Source of the DNA: Alphaproteobacteria bacterium
GTDB taxonomy: Bacteria; Pseudomonadota; Alphaproteobacteria; UBA9219
Direction of reading: 5' to 3'
NCBI GenBank assembly: GCA_026225415.1
Contig: JAMFSS010000006.1
Coordinates: 161,046-225,045, forward strand
DNA: 64,000 bases
Under the pieces are notes generated by a model. That model ran no database searches. It saw only the letters and a list, made by a program, of their open reading frames with translations, and was not told the origin of the DNA. The translations under genes were made by a program, and so were the position numbers. Shown here piece by piece: positions 28,176-38,728 of the stretch. How positions within the stretch are numbered: the first letter of the stretch is position 1; the number at the start of each line of letters is the position of its first letter.

Positions 28176-28687
28176 TAGGGCGTACTTAAAAGATTACGTT
28201 GCAGGCGAATAAGAACCCAGCAAGGCAGCGGGAAAAACAAAATCGCCAACACGGTTTGAATCAACACCGGCAGAACGGGCGAGGCCTGCCATTGCACAAG
28301 GCTGATCAAAACCCATTGGCAGATCATCATGGCGCCCGCCGCCAAGGCAAACCCAGACCACAACATAAAGAAAGAATGCCCTGTGAAAAAACGCCGTTGC
28401 TGCCAGATAATCTGATGCGCCAACACGAACAGAAAAGCGGATACGCCCAACGGAAAATCATTGATGATGTCGTTCAAAATACCGATGGCGAATGCGACGC
28501 CGGCGGGAAACAAATCGGGGCGGTGTGTCGACCAGTAATAAAGCGCGATAAACGCCAAAGGTGGCATCACGGGGCCAAGATAAGGCAGCGGCCATACGAT
28601 AACGCTGAGCAATGTCATCATCACGGCGACGACTGACGGCATTGCTGCCCTAAGGCTCTGGTCGAGCCGTTGCCAAAAAACTTCCAT
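28175..28687 (-). CDS. mreD: rod shape-determining protein MreD
   Basis: 170 aa polytopic membrane protein between mreC and mrdA. Confidence 0.75.
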   Translation of the reverse strand: MEVFWQRLDQSLRAAMPSVVAVMMTLLSVIVWPLPYLGPVMPPLAFIALYYWSTHRPDLFPAGVAFAIGILNDIINDFPLGVSAFLFVLAHQIIWQQRRFFTGHSFFMLWSGFALAAGAMMICQWVLISLVQWQASPVLPVLIQTVLAILFFPLPCWVLIRLQRNLLSTP

Positions 28688-29622
28688 TACTTCTTTTTGC
28701 TTTCGGCGCGCATTTTGGATTCAATGGAATTGAAAGTGCCGCCCTTCAAATCGAAATCAACCAAACGCACATACGTCACGCGCCCCAAATCGGCCGCGGG
28801 TGTAATCGCATAAACGCCGTGATCATTGGCCTGTAACGTGCCAACCGGCAAATTGGGCGGGAAAATACCACCATGGCCGGATGTGACCACATGCGCGCCT
28901 TCGCCCGATGCTGCGTCGCGCGGCATAAACATTAAACGTGGTGTCGTCGATCCGTCGCCGGCCAAAATGGCGCGGTCGCCGCTTTCGGCCACGGTTACGG
29001 GGATGCGTGAATTCAAATCGGTGATAAGGAGAATGCGCGACGACCAATCACCCACTTCGACCACGCGGCCAATCAAACCTTCTCCTGTCATCGCCGCCAT
29101 GCCTTCGCGCACGCCGTCTGTTTTACCAGCGGTGACGATAAGGCCGCGTGTGTAAGCGCCGCCGGTATCGGCAATAACGCGTGCGGAAATGTAAGAAAGG
29201 CCGGGTTCGGCTTTGTAATTCAACAAGCCGCGCAATTCGCGGTTTTCTTTTTCCAGATTCACAACCGCATTCTGCCATTCAACCAGATGCGTATTTTCGT
29301 CGCGCAATTTCTGATTATCGGCGCGCAATGAAACGGTGTCGCGCAAACTGCCCATGACATTTTCAACGGCGGTCATCGGGCGGGCGATGGCATCCAACAC
29401 GGGCGCCACGGTATCGATAACATGAACACGCAGCGCCCCAATCGCTTCGGGTTGCGCATGCGACAGGATCAGCAACGAAAAAGCCAACCCGCCAAAAAAC
29501 AAAAAGGAAAAACGATGCGAAACCCCGCGCCACGACAAAGTGGCAACAGCCGAAGACCATCCAGAAAAAGTTGAGCGGCGGGTAAGCATGGGTAAAACGC
29601 TACAAGAAGACGCTGTAAACAA
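28687..29622 (-). CDS. mreC: rod shape-determining protein MreC
   Basis: N-terminal TM, coiled-coil and beta domains (GLIGRVVEVGDWSSRILLITD). The true start may be an internal Met. Confidence 0.8.
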   Translation of the reverse strand: MFTASSCSVLPMLTRRSTFSGWSSAVATLSWRGVSHRFSFLFFGGLAFSLLILSHAQPEAIGALRVHVIDTVAPVLDAIARPMTAVENVMGSLRDTVSLRADNQKLRDENTHLVEWQNAVVNLEKENRELRGLLNYKAEPGLSYISARVIADTGGAYTRGLIVTAGKTDGVREGMAAMTGEGLIGRVVEVGDWSSRILLITDLNSRIPVTVAESGDRAILAGDGSTTPRLMFMPRDAASGEGAHVVTSGHGGIFPPNLPVGTLQANDHGVYAITPAADLGRVTYVRLVDFDLKGGTFNSIESKMRAESKKK

Positions 29623-29663
29623 ATGTTAACGGTTTTTAACCTATGACGCGCCTGAATCCAACC

Positions 29664-30071
29664 TTAAAAACCACCCATCTCCATTATTTTTTGCCATTCA
29701 TCCGTTGTCACAGGCGATACCGATAACCGCCCCTGACGCAACAAAACCATTTCGGCCAATGCGGGCTCGGCCTTGATGGCGGCCAAAGCTACCGGTTTTT
29801 TCATCGGTTTAAGGGGGGCGACCGTGACCATGCCAAATTTACCCTTTTCGTCGCTGGGATCCGGGTGCCACAATTCGATAATCTTCATAAGGCCGACAAC
29901 GGCCAAACCTTCGTTGGAATGATAAAAAAAGGCCTTATCGCTTATTTTCATCGCCTTCATATTATTGTTGGCCAGATAATTCCGCACGCCATTCCATTCG
30001 GTGCGGCCTTCTTTGACCAAAGTTTCCCAGCTATAAGCGCTGGGTTCGGACTTCATAAGCCAGGAGGACAT
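29664..30071 (-). CDS. EVE (PUA-like) domain protein
   Basis: MSSWLMKSEPSAYSWE..., the canonical EVE-domain N-terminus. About 135 aa. Confidence 0.75.
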   Translation of the reverse strand: MSSWLMKSEPSAYSWETLVKEGRTEWNGVRNYLANNNMKAMKISDKAFFYHSNEGLAVVGLMKIIELWHPDPSDEKGKFGMVTVAPLKPMKKPVALAAIKAEPALAEMVLLRQGRLSVSPVTTDEWQKIMEMGGF

Positions 30072-30074
30072 GGG

Positions 30075-30220
30075 GGAAGAAAGTGCGAGAAGAAAGACAG
30101 AGCAAAGTACGAGAAAAAAAGAGGAACAGCAAGAGCCGGTGAGGGCAGCCATTTTTTCTTATCTTTGCCTTCCTTGCTCACCCTTCCTCATTTTTGCTCT
30201 CCTCTTTTCTCGAGCTTTTC
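30075..30220. repeat. polypurine/polypyrimidine imperfect inverted repeat
   Basis: gggggaagaaagtgcgagaagaaagacagagcaaag... / ...ccttccttgctcacccttcctcatttttgctctcctcttttctc. Confidence 0.5.
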
Positions 30221-31222
30221 TTAAGCCGCTTCGTTCCGCAAAGGCCGCGATAGCAATTCACCAATCATATCATCGATGCTGGCATGGTCGCGTAAAATAC
30301 GGTCAATTGCGCTGACGACTGGCATATCGACGGCATGGCGGCGCGCCAAACCAAGGGTTGCTGCTGCGGTTGCAATGCCTTCGGTGACATTATTGCGGCT
30401 TGCCAAAATGCTTTCCAGACTCTCGCCCTGACCCAACGCAAAACCCAATGACATATTGCGCGACTGGACGCTGGAACAGGTTAAAACCAGATCGCCCATG
30501 CCCGATAACCCCATCAGGGTTTCGGCACGCGCGCCCAATGATAAGCCCAAACGCATCATTTCCGCCAATCCGCGAGTGATCAATGCCGCGCGGGCATTTT
30601 CGCCCATGCCGCGCCCCGCGATAATGCCGCAGGCTATGGCCAATACGTTCTTAACCGACCCCCCTATCTGGGTGCCGATAATATCATCGGTGGTATAAAG
30701 CCGCAGGCTGGGGGATGACAAGGCATGCGCCAACACCTCGCCACCTGTTTCGCCGGCCAAGGTCAGGGCGGTCGGCAGACCGCGTGCGACTTCATGCGCA
30801 AAACTGGGTCCCGACAGGATAAAAACCGGACAGGTGGGGATTTCTTCGGCCACAACTTCGCTCATCAACCGATAATGATGCGATTCAATGCCTTTGGCGG
30901 CGATAAGGAGGGGGCGCGGTCTGTCCAGCAACGGCTTGAGTTTTTTGCAAGTCTCGCGCACAAATTGCGCCGGTGTTGCCAGAATAAGGGCGTCGCAATC
31001 GCTGACTTGATTGATATCCGCCGTGATGCGCAAAGCGGGGTCAAGCGCGATACCCTTTAAATACAGGGTGTTTTCGCGTTTTTCGGCCATGTTGGCGGCC
31101 AATTCCGGCTCATGCGCGACGAGGGTGACATTTTTTACCCCGCCTTTTCGCAGGGCGATGGCCAAAGCCGTACCCCATGCGCCCGCGCCAATAATGCCGA
31201 AATGTGTGTAAGTTGAAGGCAT
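30221..31222 (-). CDS. gpsA: NAD(P)H-dependent glycerol-3-phosphate dehydrogenase
   Basis: GAGAWGTALA dinucleotide-binding motif. 333 aa. Confidence 0.9.
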   Translation of the reverse strand: MPSTYTHFGIIGAGAWGTALAIALRKGGVKNVTLVAHEPELAANMAEKRENTLYLKGIALDPALRITADINQVSDCDALILATPAQFVRETCKKLKPLLDRPRPLLIAAKGIESHHYRLMSEVVAEEIPTCPVFILSGPSFAHEVARGLPTALTLAGETGGEVLAHALSSPSLRLYTTDDIIGTQIGGSVKNVLAIACGIIAGRGMGENARAALITRGLAEMMRLGLSLGARAETLMGLSGMGDLVLTCSSVQSRNMSLGFALGQGESLESILASRNNVTEGIATAAATLGLARRHAVDMPVVSAIDRILRDHASIDDMIGELLSRPLRNEAA

Positions 31223-31340
31223 GAGAAGCTGGGGTCAGAGGAAAGAGGGGAAAGATTAGAGGGGAGCAGATAGGGAAACAAGGATTTCTTGTTATCCCTC
31301 AGCTTTACCCTTCTTTGCTCCCCTCTGTCTCCCCCCCTTA
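31223..31340. repeat. polypurine/polypyrimidine imperfect inverted repeat
   Basis: gaggaaagaggggaaagattagaggggagcagatagggaaacaagg / cttgttatccctcagctttacccttctttgctcccctctgtctcccc. Confidence 0.45.
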
Positions 31341-31437
31341 CTCTTCTCTAGCCATAGGAAATTTTCTTTGCTAATTCCTTGTCATAGCCTAGTTTCGGGC
31401 TATCACTCTGTCTTCTGCCTCCTTTTTGGATGATTCC

Positions 31438-32553
31438 ATGAAATTCACACTGTCGCGCGATGCCCTGTTGAAAAGCCTCGGCCATGTGCAAAGCGTGGTC
31501 GAACGCCGCAACACCATCCCCATTCTGGCCAACGTCCTGATCCGCGTGACGGGGCAGGAGGTATCCTTTACCGCCACCGATATGGAAATTGAAATTAACG
31601 AAACCGTCGAAGCCCAGGTGGGCAAGACCGGCGCGATTACCGCACCCGCGCACACTTTGTATGAAATTGTCCGTAAATTGCCCGACGGTGCGCAAGTTGA
31701 ATTGAACGCCGCCAGCGCCAACCAGTTGACGCTGTCTTCCGGCCGTTCGAATTTCAAACTCGGTTGTCTGCCGATCGAAGATTTCCCCAAAATGCCCGAA
31801 GGCGATTTGAAGCACAGCTTTAAAATTTCGGCGACTGATTTACGCGCGCTTATCGACCGTTCGCGTTTCGCGATTTCGACCGAAGAAACGCGTTATTACC
31901 TGAACGGTATCTATCTGCACACCGCCAAGAACAAAAATGTCGAAGTATTGCGGGCTGTGGCCACCGACGGCCACCGTTTGGCGCGTGTTGAAATGCCTGC
32001 GCCCGAAGGCGCCAAAGGCATTCCGGGCATTATTCTGCCGCGCAAAACCGTTAGCGAAGTACGCAAATTGATTGAAGAAAGTTCGGACGAAATCGAAATC
32101 GCTTTGTCGGAATCCAAAGTGCGCTTTACCTTTGATGGCGTGGTGATTGCGTCCAAATTGATCGATGGCACCTTCCCCGATTACGAACGCGTTATCCCTG
32201 CCGGTAACGACAAAACATTGGAAGTCGATACACGTGTTTTTGCCGCCGCGGTTGACCGTGTTGCGACCATTTCATCGGAAAAATCACGCGCGGTGAAAGT
32301 AAGCCTGACCCCCGGCCATGTGGTGTTATCGGCCAATTCACCCGAAGCCGGAAGTGCCACGGAAGAGTTAGAATGTAAATATGACGGCGCCTTGCTGGAT
32401 GTCGGGTTTAATGCGCGTTATCTGCTGGATATCTTGCAACAGGTCGAAGGCGACGGTGCGCGTTTCACATTGGCCGACGGCACCGCACCGGCCATTATTC
32501 AAGATGTGTCCGACACAAGCGCGTTGTATGTGCTGATGCCGATGCGCGTCTAG
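31438..32553 (+). CDS. dnaN: DNA polymerase III beta sliding clamp
   Basis: MKFTLSRDALLKSLGHVQSVVERRNTIPILANVLI. About 372 aa. Confidence 0.9.
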   Translation: MKFTLSRDALLKSLGHVQSVVERRNTIPILANVLIRVTGQEVSFTATDMEIEINETVEAQVGKTGAITAPAHTLYEIVRKLPDGAQVELNAASANQLTLSSGRSNFKLGCLPIEDFPKMPEGDLKHSFKISATDLRALIDRSRFAISTEETRYYLNGIYLHTAKNKNVEVLRAVATDGHRLARVEMPAPEGAKGIPGIILPRKTVSEVRKLIEESSDEIEIALSESKVRFTFDGVVIASKLIDGTFPDYERVIPAGNDKTLEVDTRVFAAAVDRVATISSEKSRAVKVSLTPGHVVLSANSPEAGSATEELECKYDGALLDVGFNARYLLDILQQVEGDGARFTLADGTAPAIIQDVSDTSALYVLMPMRV

Positions 32554-32679
32554 GAAATCGCCCGATCTTGGACTGCAAATTGCGCTTTCTTCTATTTTTA
32601 CAACGCGTGTATGTTAAATACACTTGCCTTGTAAAAATAGAAGAAATCACAATTTTCGCCTCAAGCTAGGGCGATTTCC
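32553..32679. repeat. nested palindromic intergenic element, copy 2
   Basis: Outer arms ggaaatcgccc/gggcgatttcc. Inner arms cttctatttttacaa/ttgtaaaaatagaag. Core aacgcgtgtatgttaaatacacttgccttg. Immediately after the dnaN stop. Confidence 0.7.
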
Positions 32680-32715
32680 GCTCATCTATGTTTGATTAAA
32701 GAAGGAAGAAACCAA

Positions 32716-33252
32716 ATGGATATCGCTAAAATCTCCGCCGGGAAGAGCGTTCCCGAAACAATCAATGTCGTCATCGAAATTCCCCAAGGCGGTTCGCCGA
32801 TCAAATACGAAGTTTGCAAAGACAGCGGCGCTTTGCTGGTCGACCGTATGATGTCGACCGCCATGTATTACCCCGCCAATTATGGTTTCGTGCCCAATAC
32901 TTTGTCGGGCGACGGCGATCCGGTCGATGTATTGGTTGTCACCCATTCGCCTATCCAAAGCGGTGCGGTTGTTTCGTCGCGACCCATTGGCGTTTTGTTG
33001 ATGGAAGACGAAAGCGGTCAGGATGAAAAAATCATCGCGGTGCCGATGGATAAAATCAGCCCCTATACCGCGCATATTAAATCAACCGCCGATTTACCGC
33101 CGGTGCTTGTGGAACAGATCAAACATTTCTTTGAACATTACAAAGATCTGGAAAAAGGCAAATGGGTGAAGATCATCCGTTGGGGCGATGCCGAAGAAGC
33201 CAAGAAGCTGATCCTGGAAGGCGTTGCGCGTCTATCCAGCAAAGCGGCGTAG
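32716..33252 (+). CDS. ppa: inorganic pyrophosphatase
   Basis: Family I PPase motifs (DGDPVDVLV). About 178 aa. Confidence 0.9.
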   Translation: MDIAKISAGKSVPETINVVIEIPQGGSPIKYEVCKDSGALLVDRMMSTAMYYPANYGFVPNTLSGDGDPVDVLVVTHSPIQSGAVVSSRPIGVLLMEDESGQDEKIIAVPMDKISPYTAHIKSTADLPPVLVEQIKHFFEHYKDLEKGKWVKIIRWGDAEEAKKLILEGVARLSSKAA

Positions 33253-33499
33253 GCAAGCCATGTCTTTAAGGAGCGAATTTGAAGGCATAGTAGGAATAGA
33301 GATAGCCCTCTATATGTTCGCCGAAGGATTTGTTCCCCCCGCTGAACGCGTCTTACACGGAAAAGATAAAATTTCTGCGTTTGTCATGTTCGGTTCCGCA
33401 CTTTGTATTCCTGTTGTCCGTCGGGCCTGTCACGTTATCAGACACGGCTTGCAACAACATCCCGCTCCATAAATTTCATCCTCTAACCTCGAGTTTCCT

Positions 33500-34675
33500 A
33501 TGACCGTATCAAACGACTTTTTCTTTACGTCCGAATCCGTTGGCGAAGGCCATCCAGACAAAGTGTGCGACCGCATTTCGGATGCGATTGTCGATTTGTT
33601 TCTGGCCGCCGACCCCGAAAGCCGCGTTGCGGTTGAAACCATGGCAACCACCAATCGTGTGATGTTGGCGGGCGAAGTGCGTGGGCCGGAATCGATCACG
33701 CCCAAAGAAATGGAAGAAGTCGCGCGTAAAGCCATCCGCGATATCGGCTATGCTCAAAAAGGGTTCCATTGGCAATGGGCGGAAATCCACAATTACGTTC
33801 ACCCGCAATCCATCGATATCGCCGTGGGTGTCGATGCCGCCGGCAACAAGGATGAAGGCGCCGGCGATCAGGGTATTATGTTCGGTTACGCCTGCCGCGA
33901 AACGCCAGTTTTCATGCCTGCGCCTATTTTCTATTCGCACAAAATCTTGCGCCTGATTTCCGAAGCGCGTCATGCGGGAAAACTGCCTTTGCTGGGGCCC
34001 GATGCGAAAAGCCAGGTGACGCTTGAATATCGTGACGGCAAGCCGGTGCGCGCCGCGCGTGTTGTTGTCTCAACCCAACATGATGAAACGATTGACCAGG
34101 CCGGCGTGCGCGATCTCGTGCGTCCGTTTGTGGAAGCGGCATTGCCCAAGGGTTGGATGCCTGATGAAGAATTTTTCTATGTCAATCCAACGGGTCGTTT
34201 CGTTATCGGCGGGCCCGATGGCGATGCCGGTTTGACGGGGCGCAAAATTATCGTCGATACTTATGGCGGTGCTGCACCCCATGGTGGAGGCGCGTTTTCG
34301 GGCAAAGACCCCACCAAGGTTGACCGATCGGCGGCCTATATGGCGCGTTATCTGGCGAAAAATGTTGTGGCGGCTGGCATTGCCGAACGTTGCACCATCC
34401 AATTGTCCTATGCCATCGGCGTGTCGGAACCTTTGTCGCTTTATGTCAACACGCATGACACGCATCATGTCGATGACAGCAAATTGCCGGATGTGTTGCG
34501 CGAAATGGTGCGGTTAAGCCCGCGCGGCATCCGCGAACATCTGCAACTCAATCGCCCGATTTATACGAAAACATCTTCCTTCGGCCATTTCGGGCGCGAA
34601 CCCGAAGCCGATGGGCATTTTTCGTGGGAACGGACGGATTTGATTGCCGAACTGAAGAGCAGGTTTAAACTCTAA
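33500..34675 (+). CDS. metK: S-adenosylmethionine synthetase
   Basis: [13 protein letters not shown] and GGGAFSGKD motifs. 391 aa. Confidence 0.95.
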   Translation: MTVSNDFFFTSESVGEGHPDKVCDRISDAIVDLFLAADPESRVAVETMATTNRVMLAGEVRGPESITPKEMEEVARKAIRDIGYAQKGFHWQWAEIHNYVHPQSIDIAVGVDAAGNKDEGAGDQGIMFGYACRETPVFMPAPIFYSHKILRLISEARHAGKLPLLGPDAKSQVTLEYRDGKPVRAARVVVSTQHDETIDQAGVRDLVRPFVEAALPKGWMPDEEFFYVNPTGRFVIGGPDGDAGLTGRKIIVDTYGGAAPHGGGAFSGKDPTKVDRSAAYMARYLAKNVVAAGIAERCTIQLSYAIGVSEPLSLYVNTHDTHHVDDSKLPDVLREMVRLSPRGIREHLQLNRPIYTKTSSFGHFGREPEADGHFSWERTDLIAELKSRFKL

Positions 34676-34676
34676 C

Positions 34677-35357
34677 GTGCCCGCCGCATCCGCATCTGTC
34701 GCCAAACTTTTTGGACGTCGTAAAGGTCGCCCTTTGCGCACGCGTAAATCCGGTTTGATGGAAACTTTGTTTCCAAAACTTGTGATTGAATTGCAAGAAG
34801 GGCAACGCACATCTTATGCCGAAATTTTTCAAAAGCCTGTACGGGTTGCAACACTAGAAATAGGATTTGGCGGCGGCGAACATCTGGCGGCACAGGCCAA
34901 AGCCAACCCCGATGATTGTTTTATCGGGTGCGAGCCGTATCTCAATGGTGTTGCCAGTTTGCTGGATCATCTGGATGCGGACGGTACGCAAAATGTGCGC
35001 GTTTTTAATAATGATGCGCGGGTTTTGCTGGATGCGTTACCGGATGCGTCATTGGATAAATGTTTTGTGCTGTTTGCCGACCCCTGGCCCAAAAACCGGC
35101 ATGCCGAACGGCGTTTTATCGGGCGGGAAAATCTGGTGCGTCTGGCGCGGGTTTTAAAACCGGGTGCGTTGCTGCGTTTGGCATCCGATCACCCGACCTT
35201 GGTTGAATGGATGCTGTTCACCATGGATGGCTGCCCGGATTTTAGAAATGTATACGCGTCGCATGAGGCGCCGGTGGATTGGATACAAACCCGTTATCAG
35301 GAAAAAGCCATTGCGGCGGGGCGCAAACCGTATTTTACGGATTATTGCCGAATTTAA
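34677..35357 (+). CDS. trmB: tRNA (guanine46-N7)-methyltransferase
   Basis: N-terminal GRPLRTRK segment (compare GRPLRRIR of E. coli TrmB). EIGFGGGEHL SAM-binding motif. Probable GTG start. Confidence 0.8.
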   Translation: MPAASASVAKLFGRRKGRPLRTRKSGLMETLFPKLVIELQEGQRTSYAEIFQKPVRVATLEIGFGGGEHLAAQAKANPDDCFIGCEPYLNGVASLLDHLDADGTQNVRVFNNDARVLLDALPDASLDKCFVLFADPWPKNRHAERRFIGRENLVRLARVLKPGALLRLASDHPTLVEWMLFTMDGCPDFRNVYASHEAPVDWIQTRYQEKAIAAGRKPYFTDYCRI

Positions 35358-36093
35358 GCGCCCATTTCACCATCGCGTAATTGCTGGCGCCGTCCACGCT
35401 TTGGCGCAGGCCGGTGGTGAATTTGAAATGGTTGGTCAAATCGACATCGCCGCGCACTTCCATGCCGTGGCCATCATCGGTTAAATTATCGTCGCCGCCG
35501 ACATAACCCAACGCGATTTTACCCCACGGTAAACCATCATCGGTGCGTTTGGCGATATCCATCGCGATCTCGCCGCCGTAATAACCGCGCATCGAAAAAT
35601 AATTCTGTCCGTAATAAGGTTTGAACGACAAACCCATTTTGCTGCCCAAAAGGGATTGGTTGAATTTCGGCCCCATCACAAAACTGTCATGGGTCGGAAG
35701 GAACCCCTTGTGATGCATATTGCCTTCCAGATCGAACAGCCTCGCGCTTTGCGCTGCCGGCGTCGCGGCCATCGCCTGGGTCACAGCATCCGCGTTTGAT
35801 GTTTCGGCGGTGTCGTCGTCAAGGCTGCGCAACGGGTGGAACGTGCCCGAAAACCAGCTGCTCACTTCTTTTACCTCGCTGGGCAAAATGGATAGGCCTT
35901 GCATGCCCTGCGCACGCAGATAGCTGGTCGCTTCATGCACGCGTTGTTTGACCAGAACGCTGTCATCCACCTGATTCTGATCGGCATGCGAAAAAGTGGC
36001 GAACAGACAGACAAAGGTGATTAAGGTTAAAAAACCGACTTGCCTTTGCGTGGCAAATCTTAAATTCCAGACAGGATGATACGTCCCGATCAT
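35335..36093 (-). CDS. putative exported/outer-membrane beta-rich protein (MipA/OmpV-like?)
   Basis: Signal peptide. Alternating hydrophobic pattern in the C-terminal half. Family assignment is tentative. Confidence 0.4.
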   Translation of the reverse strand: MIGTYHPVWNLRFATQRQVGFLTLITFVCLFATFSHADQNQVDDSVLVKQRVHEATSYLRAQGMQGLSILPSEVKEVSSWFSGTFHPLRSLDDDTAETSNADAVTQAMAATPAAQSARLFDLEGNMHHKGFLPTHDSFVMGPKFNQSLLGSKMGLSFKPYYGQNYFSMRGYYGGEIAMDIAKRTDDGLPWGKIALGYVGGDDNLTDDGHGMEVRGDVDLTNHFKFTTGLRQSVDGASNYAMVKWALKFGNNP

Positions 36094-36260
36094 GGATGCA
36101 CCTGTTTGCAGAAACCCCTGTTAATTCAGGGATTACGCAAGGCTTTCCCGATTTTCAGTATATCGAATCCCTGTTAATTTTTATTGAAGATAATTAAGGA
36201 AAAACTGCATTCCTTAAGCATTTGAATCACATGCAAGAAGCGGAATTTTATTGCAGCGCA

Positions 36261-36497
36261 TCACAAGATGATCATGAGCGCGGTCAGCAAACAGCCAGCG
36301 CCGGTAAAAACGGCCGCGCCGCCATAAAGCAAAAACCAATGCACAAAATCGCTGTGCAATTTGCGGGCATCTTCGGATTCGGTTCCTGAAACACCTTGCG
36401 CTTCACGTGCCCCGTAAACAGACAGAACAAACCCGCCGACGAATAACAAAGACAGGCCGAACAAAGTCAGCCACACGACATTGCTATGGGTTTGCAT
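36261..36497 (-). CDS. small membrane protein (~78 aa, two TM helices)
   Basis: MQTHSNVVWLTLFGLSLLFVGGFVLSVYG...VFTGAGCLLTALMIIL. The upstream part of the listed ORF is non-coding-like. Confidence 0.4.
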   Translation of the reverse strand: MQTHSNVVWLTLFGLSLLFVGGFVLSVYGAREAQGVSGTESEDARKLHSDFVHWFLLYGGAAVFTGAGCLLTALMIIL

Positions 36498-37242
36498 TGT
36501 TATCCTCCTCTTGTAGCCAGCTCCATCCGCTGGGTGATAGAAATTGTAATGGTTTAAAATGTGATTTGTAAGCCATTTTCCGCGCCTCCCTAACCCAATA
36601 GCCAAGATAGATAAAACCCAGATTATCGGTAATGGCCTCGTTGATAAGCGATAAAACCAGTTGCGTTCCCAAACTGCGGCGCGGTTCGGCGGTGTTAAAA
36701 AAACTGTACACGGCGGAAAATCCGTCACCGACAAAATCACCGATGATGCATGCCTGTAAAGCACCCCCACTGTCGCGCAGCTGATACAGGCGCGTATCGG
36801 CGTTGCCTTCGGTCAACATGGCGGTGAAATCATCGCGCGTCATGCGCGCCATGTCGCTGTCGCTGTGGCGTGATGTTTGATAGGCGTTGAAAAGCGCGAA
36901 AAGTTCTTCGCTGAATTTTGTTTCCGCGCGTTGCCAATGCAAATCGGCATTGCGTGCCGCTATTTTGCGTTGCGTACGCGATCGCATGAACAGCATAACG
37001 GGAATGCGTACAGGGATACAGGCATTGCATGCGGTGCAGGCCGGGCGATAAACAACATCGTGGCTACGACGAAACCCGACGCGGCATAAAGCGGCATTGA
37101 TTTCGGTATTCAGTTCGGTGTCGTTGGTGTCCAGCCGCGTGAAAAGTTTGCGCTCAATCAGCATCGGTAAATAGGGGCAGGGCGCAGGGCCCGACAGATA
37201 GAATTGCAAGTTGTTGCTGATGCCGGGCGGAATGATGGACAT
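36484..37242 (-). CDS. bpt: arginyl/leucyl-tRNA--protein transferase (Bpt/ATE family)
   Basis: FYLSGPAPCPYLP motif and an ATE_N/ATE_C-like layout. 252 aa. Confidence 0.8.
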   Translation of the reverse strand: MSIIPPGISNNLQFYLSGPAPCPYLPMLIERKLFTRLDTNDTELNTEINAALCRVGFRRSHDVVYRPACTACNACIPVRIPVMLFMRSRTQRKIAARNADLHWQRAETKFSEELFALFNAYQTSRHSDSDMARMTRDDFTAMLTEGNADTRLYQLRDSGGALQACIIGDFVGDGFSAVYSFFNTAEPRRSLGTQLVLSLINEAITDNLGFIYLGYWVREARKMAYKSHFKPLQFLSPSGWSWLQEEDNNANP

Positions 37243-37283
37243 GCCTCAATCCTATAACATTTTCCGTTGTTGGAAAAGGGGTG

Positions 37284-37889
37284 TTAATCCACCAACTCCA
37301 GCCGTTTCAGCAATTGACGTAAATGCGTTCTGGTTTTTGCAAGACCGTCGCCGGTGGGGATCATGTAATCGGCATGCTGGCGTTTTTCGGCGTTGGTCAT
37401 TTGGCGTTTCAGAATGGCGCGGAATTTTTCCGGTGTCATGTTGGGGCGCGACAAAACCCGTTCTTGCTGGATTTTGCGTGGTGCGGTTACGCACAATGTG
37501 ATGTCGCAACGCGCCTCGCCGCCGGTTTCAAACAGCAACGGAATTTCCAGAATAACTGCGCGGGCTTTGTCCTTGCGGGCTTTGGCAATGGTGGCGCGTT
37601 CGGCCTGACGCAACAAAGGGTGAATAATTTTTTCCAACGCGCGTAGTTTTTGCGGCTGGGCGAATACGGCCTGTCCCAGAACTTTGCGGTCGATGCCGCC
37701 GCGCTTTAAACTTTCGGGGCATAATGTCGCCACGGGCTTCACGCCCTTGCCGTCTTTTTTCAACACATCATGCACCGCCTGATCGGCGCTGTAGATCGGC
37801 AAACCCATGTCTTGTAACAACCCCGCCACGGTGCTTTTGCCCATGCCAATGCCACCGGTCAGGCCGATAATCACCATGCGTTTTTTCAT
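37284..37889 (-). CDS. coaE: dephospho-CoA kinase
   Basis: P-loop IGLTGGIGMGKST. 201 aa. Downstream of aroE. Confidence 0.9.
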   Translation of the reverse strand: MKKRMVIIGLTGGIGMGKSTVAGLLQDMGLPIYSADQAVHDVLKKDGKGVKPVATLCPESLKRGGIDRKVLGQAVFAQPQKLRALEKIIHPLLRQAERATIAKARKDKARAVILEIPLLFETGGEARCDITLCVTAPRKIQQERVLSRPNMTPEKFRAILKRQMTNAEKRQHADYMIPTGDGLAKTRTHLRQLLKRLELVD

Positions 37890-38728
37890 TGTGTGTTCCC
37901 CAAAACATAATCGCGCAATGCCTGCGTTACTTCGGGATCATGCCCAAAAAACGCCTGAAACGAAGGCCGCGCCTGATGCAGCAACATGCCCAACCCGTCA
38001 ATCGCCGCAAACCCGCGTGCGCGCGCTTGCGCCAATAACGGCGTTTCCAACGGCGCATAAATAATATCATTCACGGTTGCGGTTGGCGGCAAAGCATCAA
38101 GCGATAAAAGCAGTTCCGGCTGCCCCTTCATACCTAATGACGTTGTATTGACTAATAATTCTATGCCCATTTGTGCTTTTTCCGCATCTTGCCATGCAAC
38201 CGGCGTAATCCGGCATTGCGGTGTGGCAAAATCCTGTGCCAGCTTTTCGGCATGGGCAATCGTGCGGTTGGCAATGCGGATTTCGCTTAAACCCATTTTC
38301 ATCAATGCGTAAATAATGGCGCGTGCCGCCCCACCCGCGCCTAAAACCAATGCCGCGCCATTTTTGGGAACATAGCCGGACAACAAAAGATTTTGCGTAA
38401 AGCCATAGGCGTCCGTATTACGTCCCTGCAAGGAACCATCCGCCCCCACCACAACCAGATTAACCGCGCCAATGTCACGTGCCGTTTCATCCAAACTATC
38501 CATAATCGCACAGGCGGCCTGTTTATGCGGAATGGTCAGATTAACCCCGCAAAAACCTTTTATGTGCAAGTCGCGCAAAAGATCGGCCAGGTTTTCCGGT
38601 GGCGTGGGCATGGCTTCATAGCCCCCGTCAATGCCACAGGCATGCAGCCAGAACCCATGCAATCGCGGCGACAGCGAATGTTTGGCGGGCCACCCGACGA
38701 TGGCGGCTTTTTTGACAGGATGGGGCAT
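37886..38728 (-). CDS. aroE: shikimate dehydrogenase
   Basis: 280 aa. NAD(P)-binding GAGGAARAI. aroE-coaE arrangement with a 4 nt overlap. Confidence 0.85.
   Translation of the reverse strand: MPHPVKKAAIVGWPAKHSLSPRLHGFWLHACGIDGGYEAMPTPPENLADLLRDLHIKGFCGVNLTIPHKQAACAIMDSLDETARDIGAVNLVVVGADGSLQGRNTDAYGFTQNLLLSGYVPKNGAALVLGAGGAARAIIYALMKMGLSEIRIANRTIAHAEKLAQDFATPQCRITPVAWQDAEKAQMGIELLVNTTSLGMKGQPELLLSLDALPPTATVNDIIYAPLETPLLAQARARGFAAIDGLGMLLHQARPSFQAFFGHDPEVTQALRDYVLGNTQ

Noticed and set aside
33253-33499. Possible SAM riboswitch in the ~245 nt leader upstream of metK
   Set aside because: I could not identify the SAM-II/SAM-V pseudoknot consensus by eye. It would need Infernal/Rfam scanning. 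It is left as an unannotated leader.
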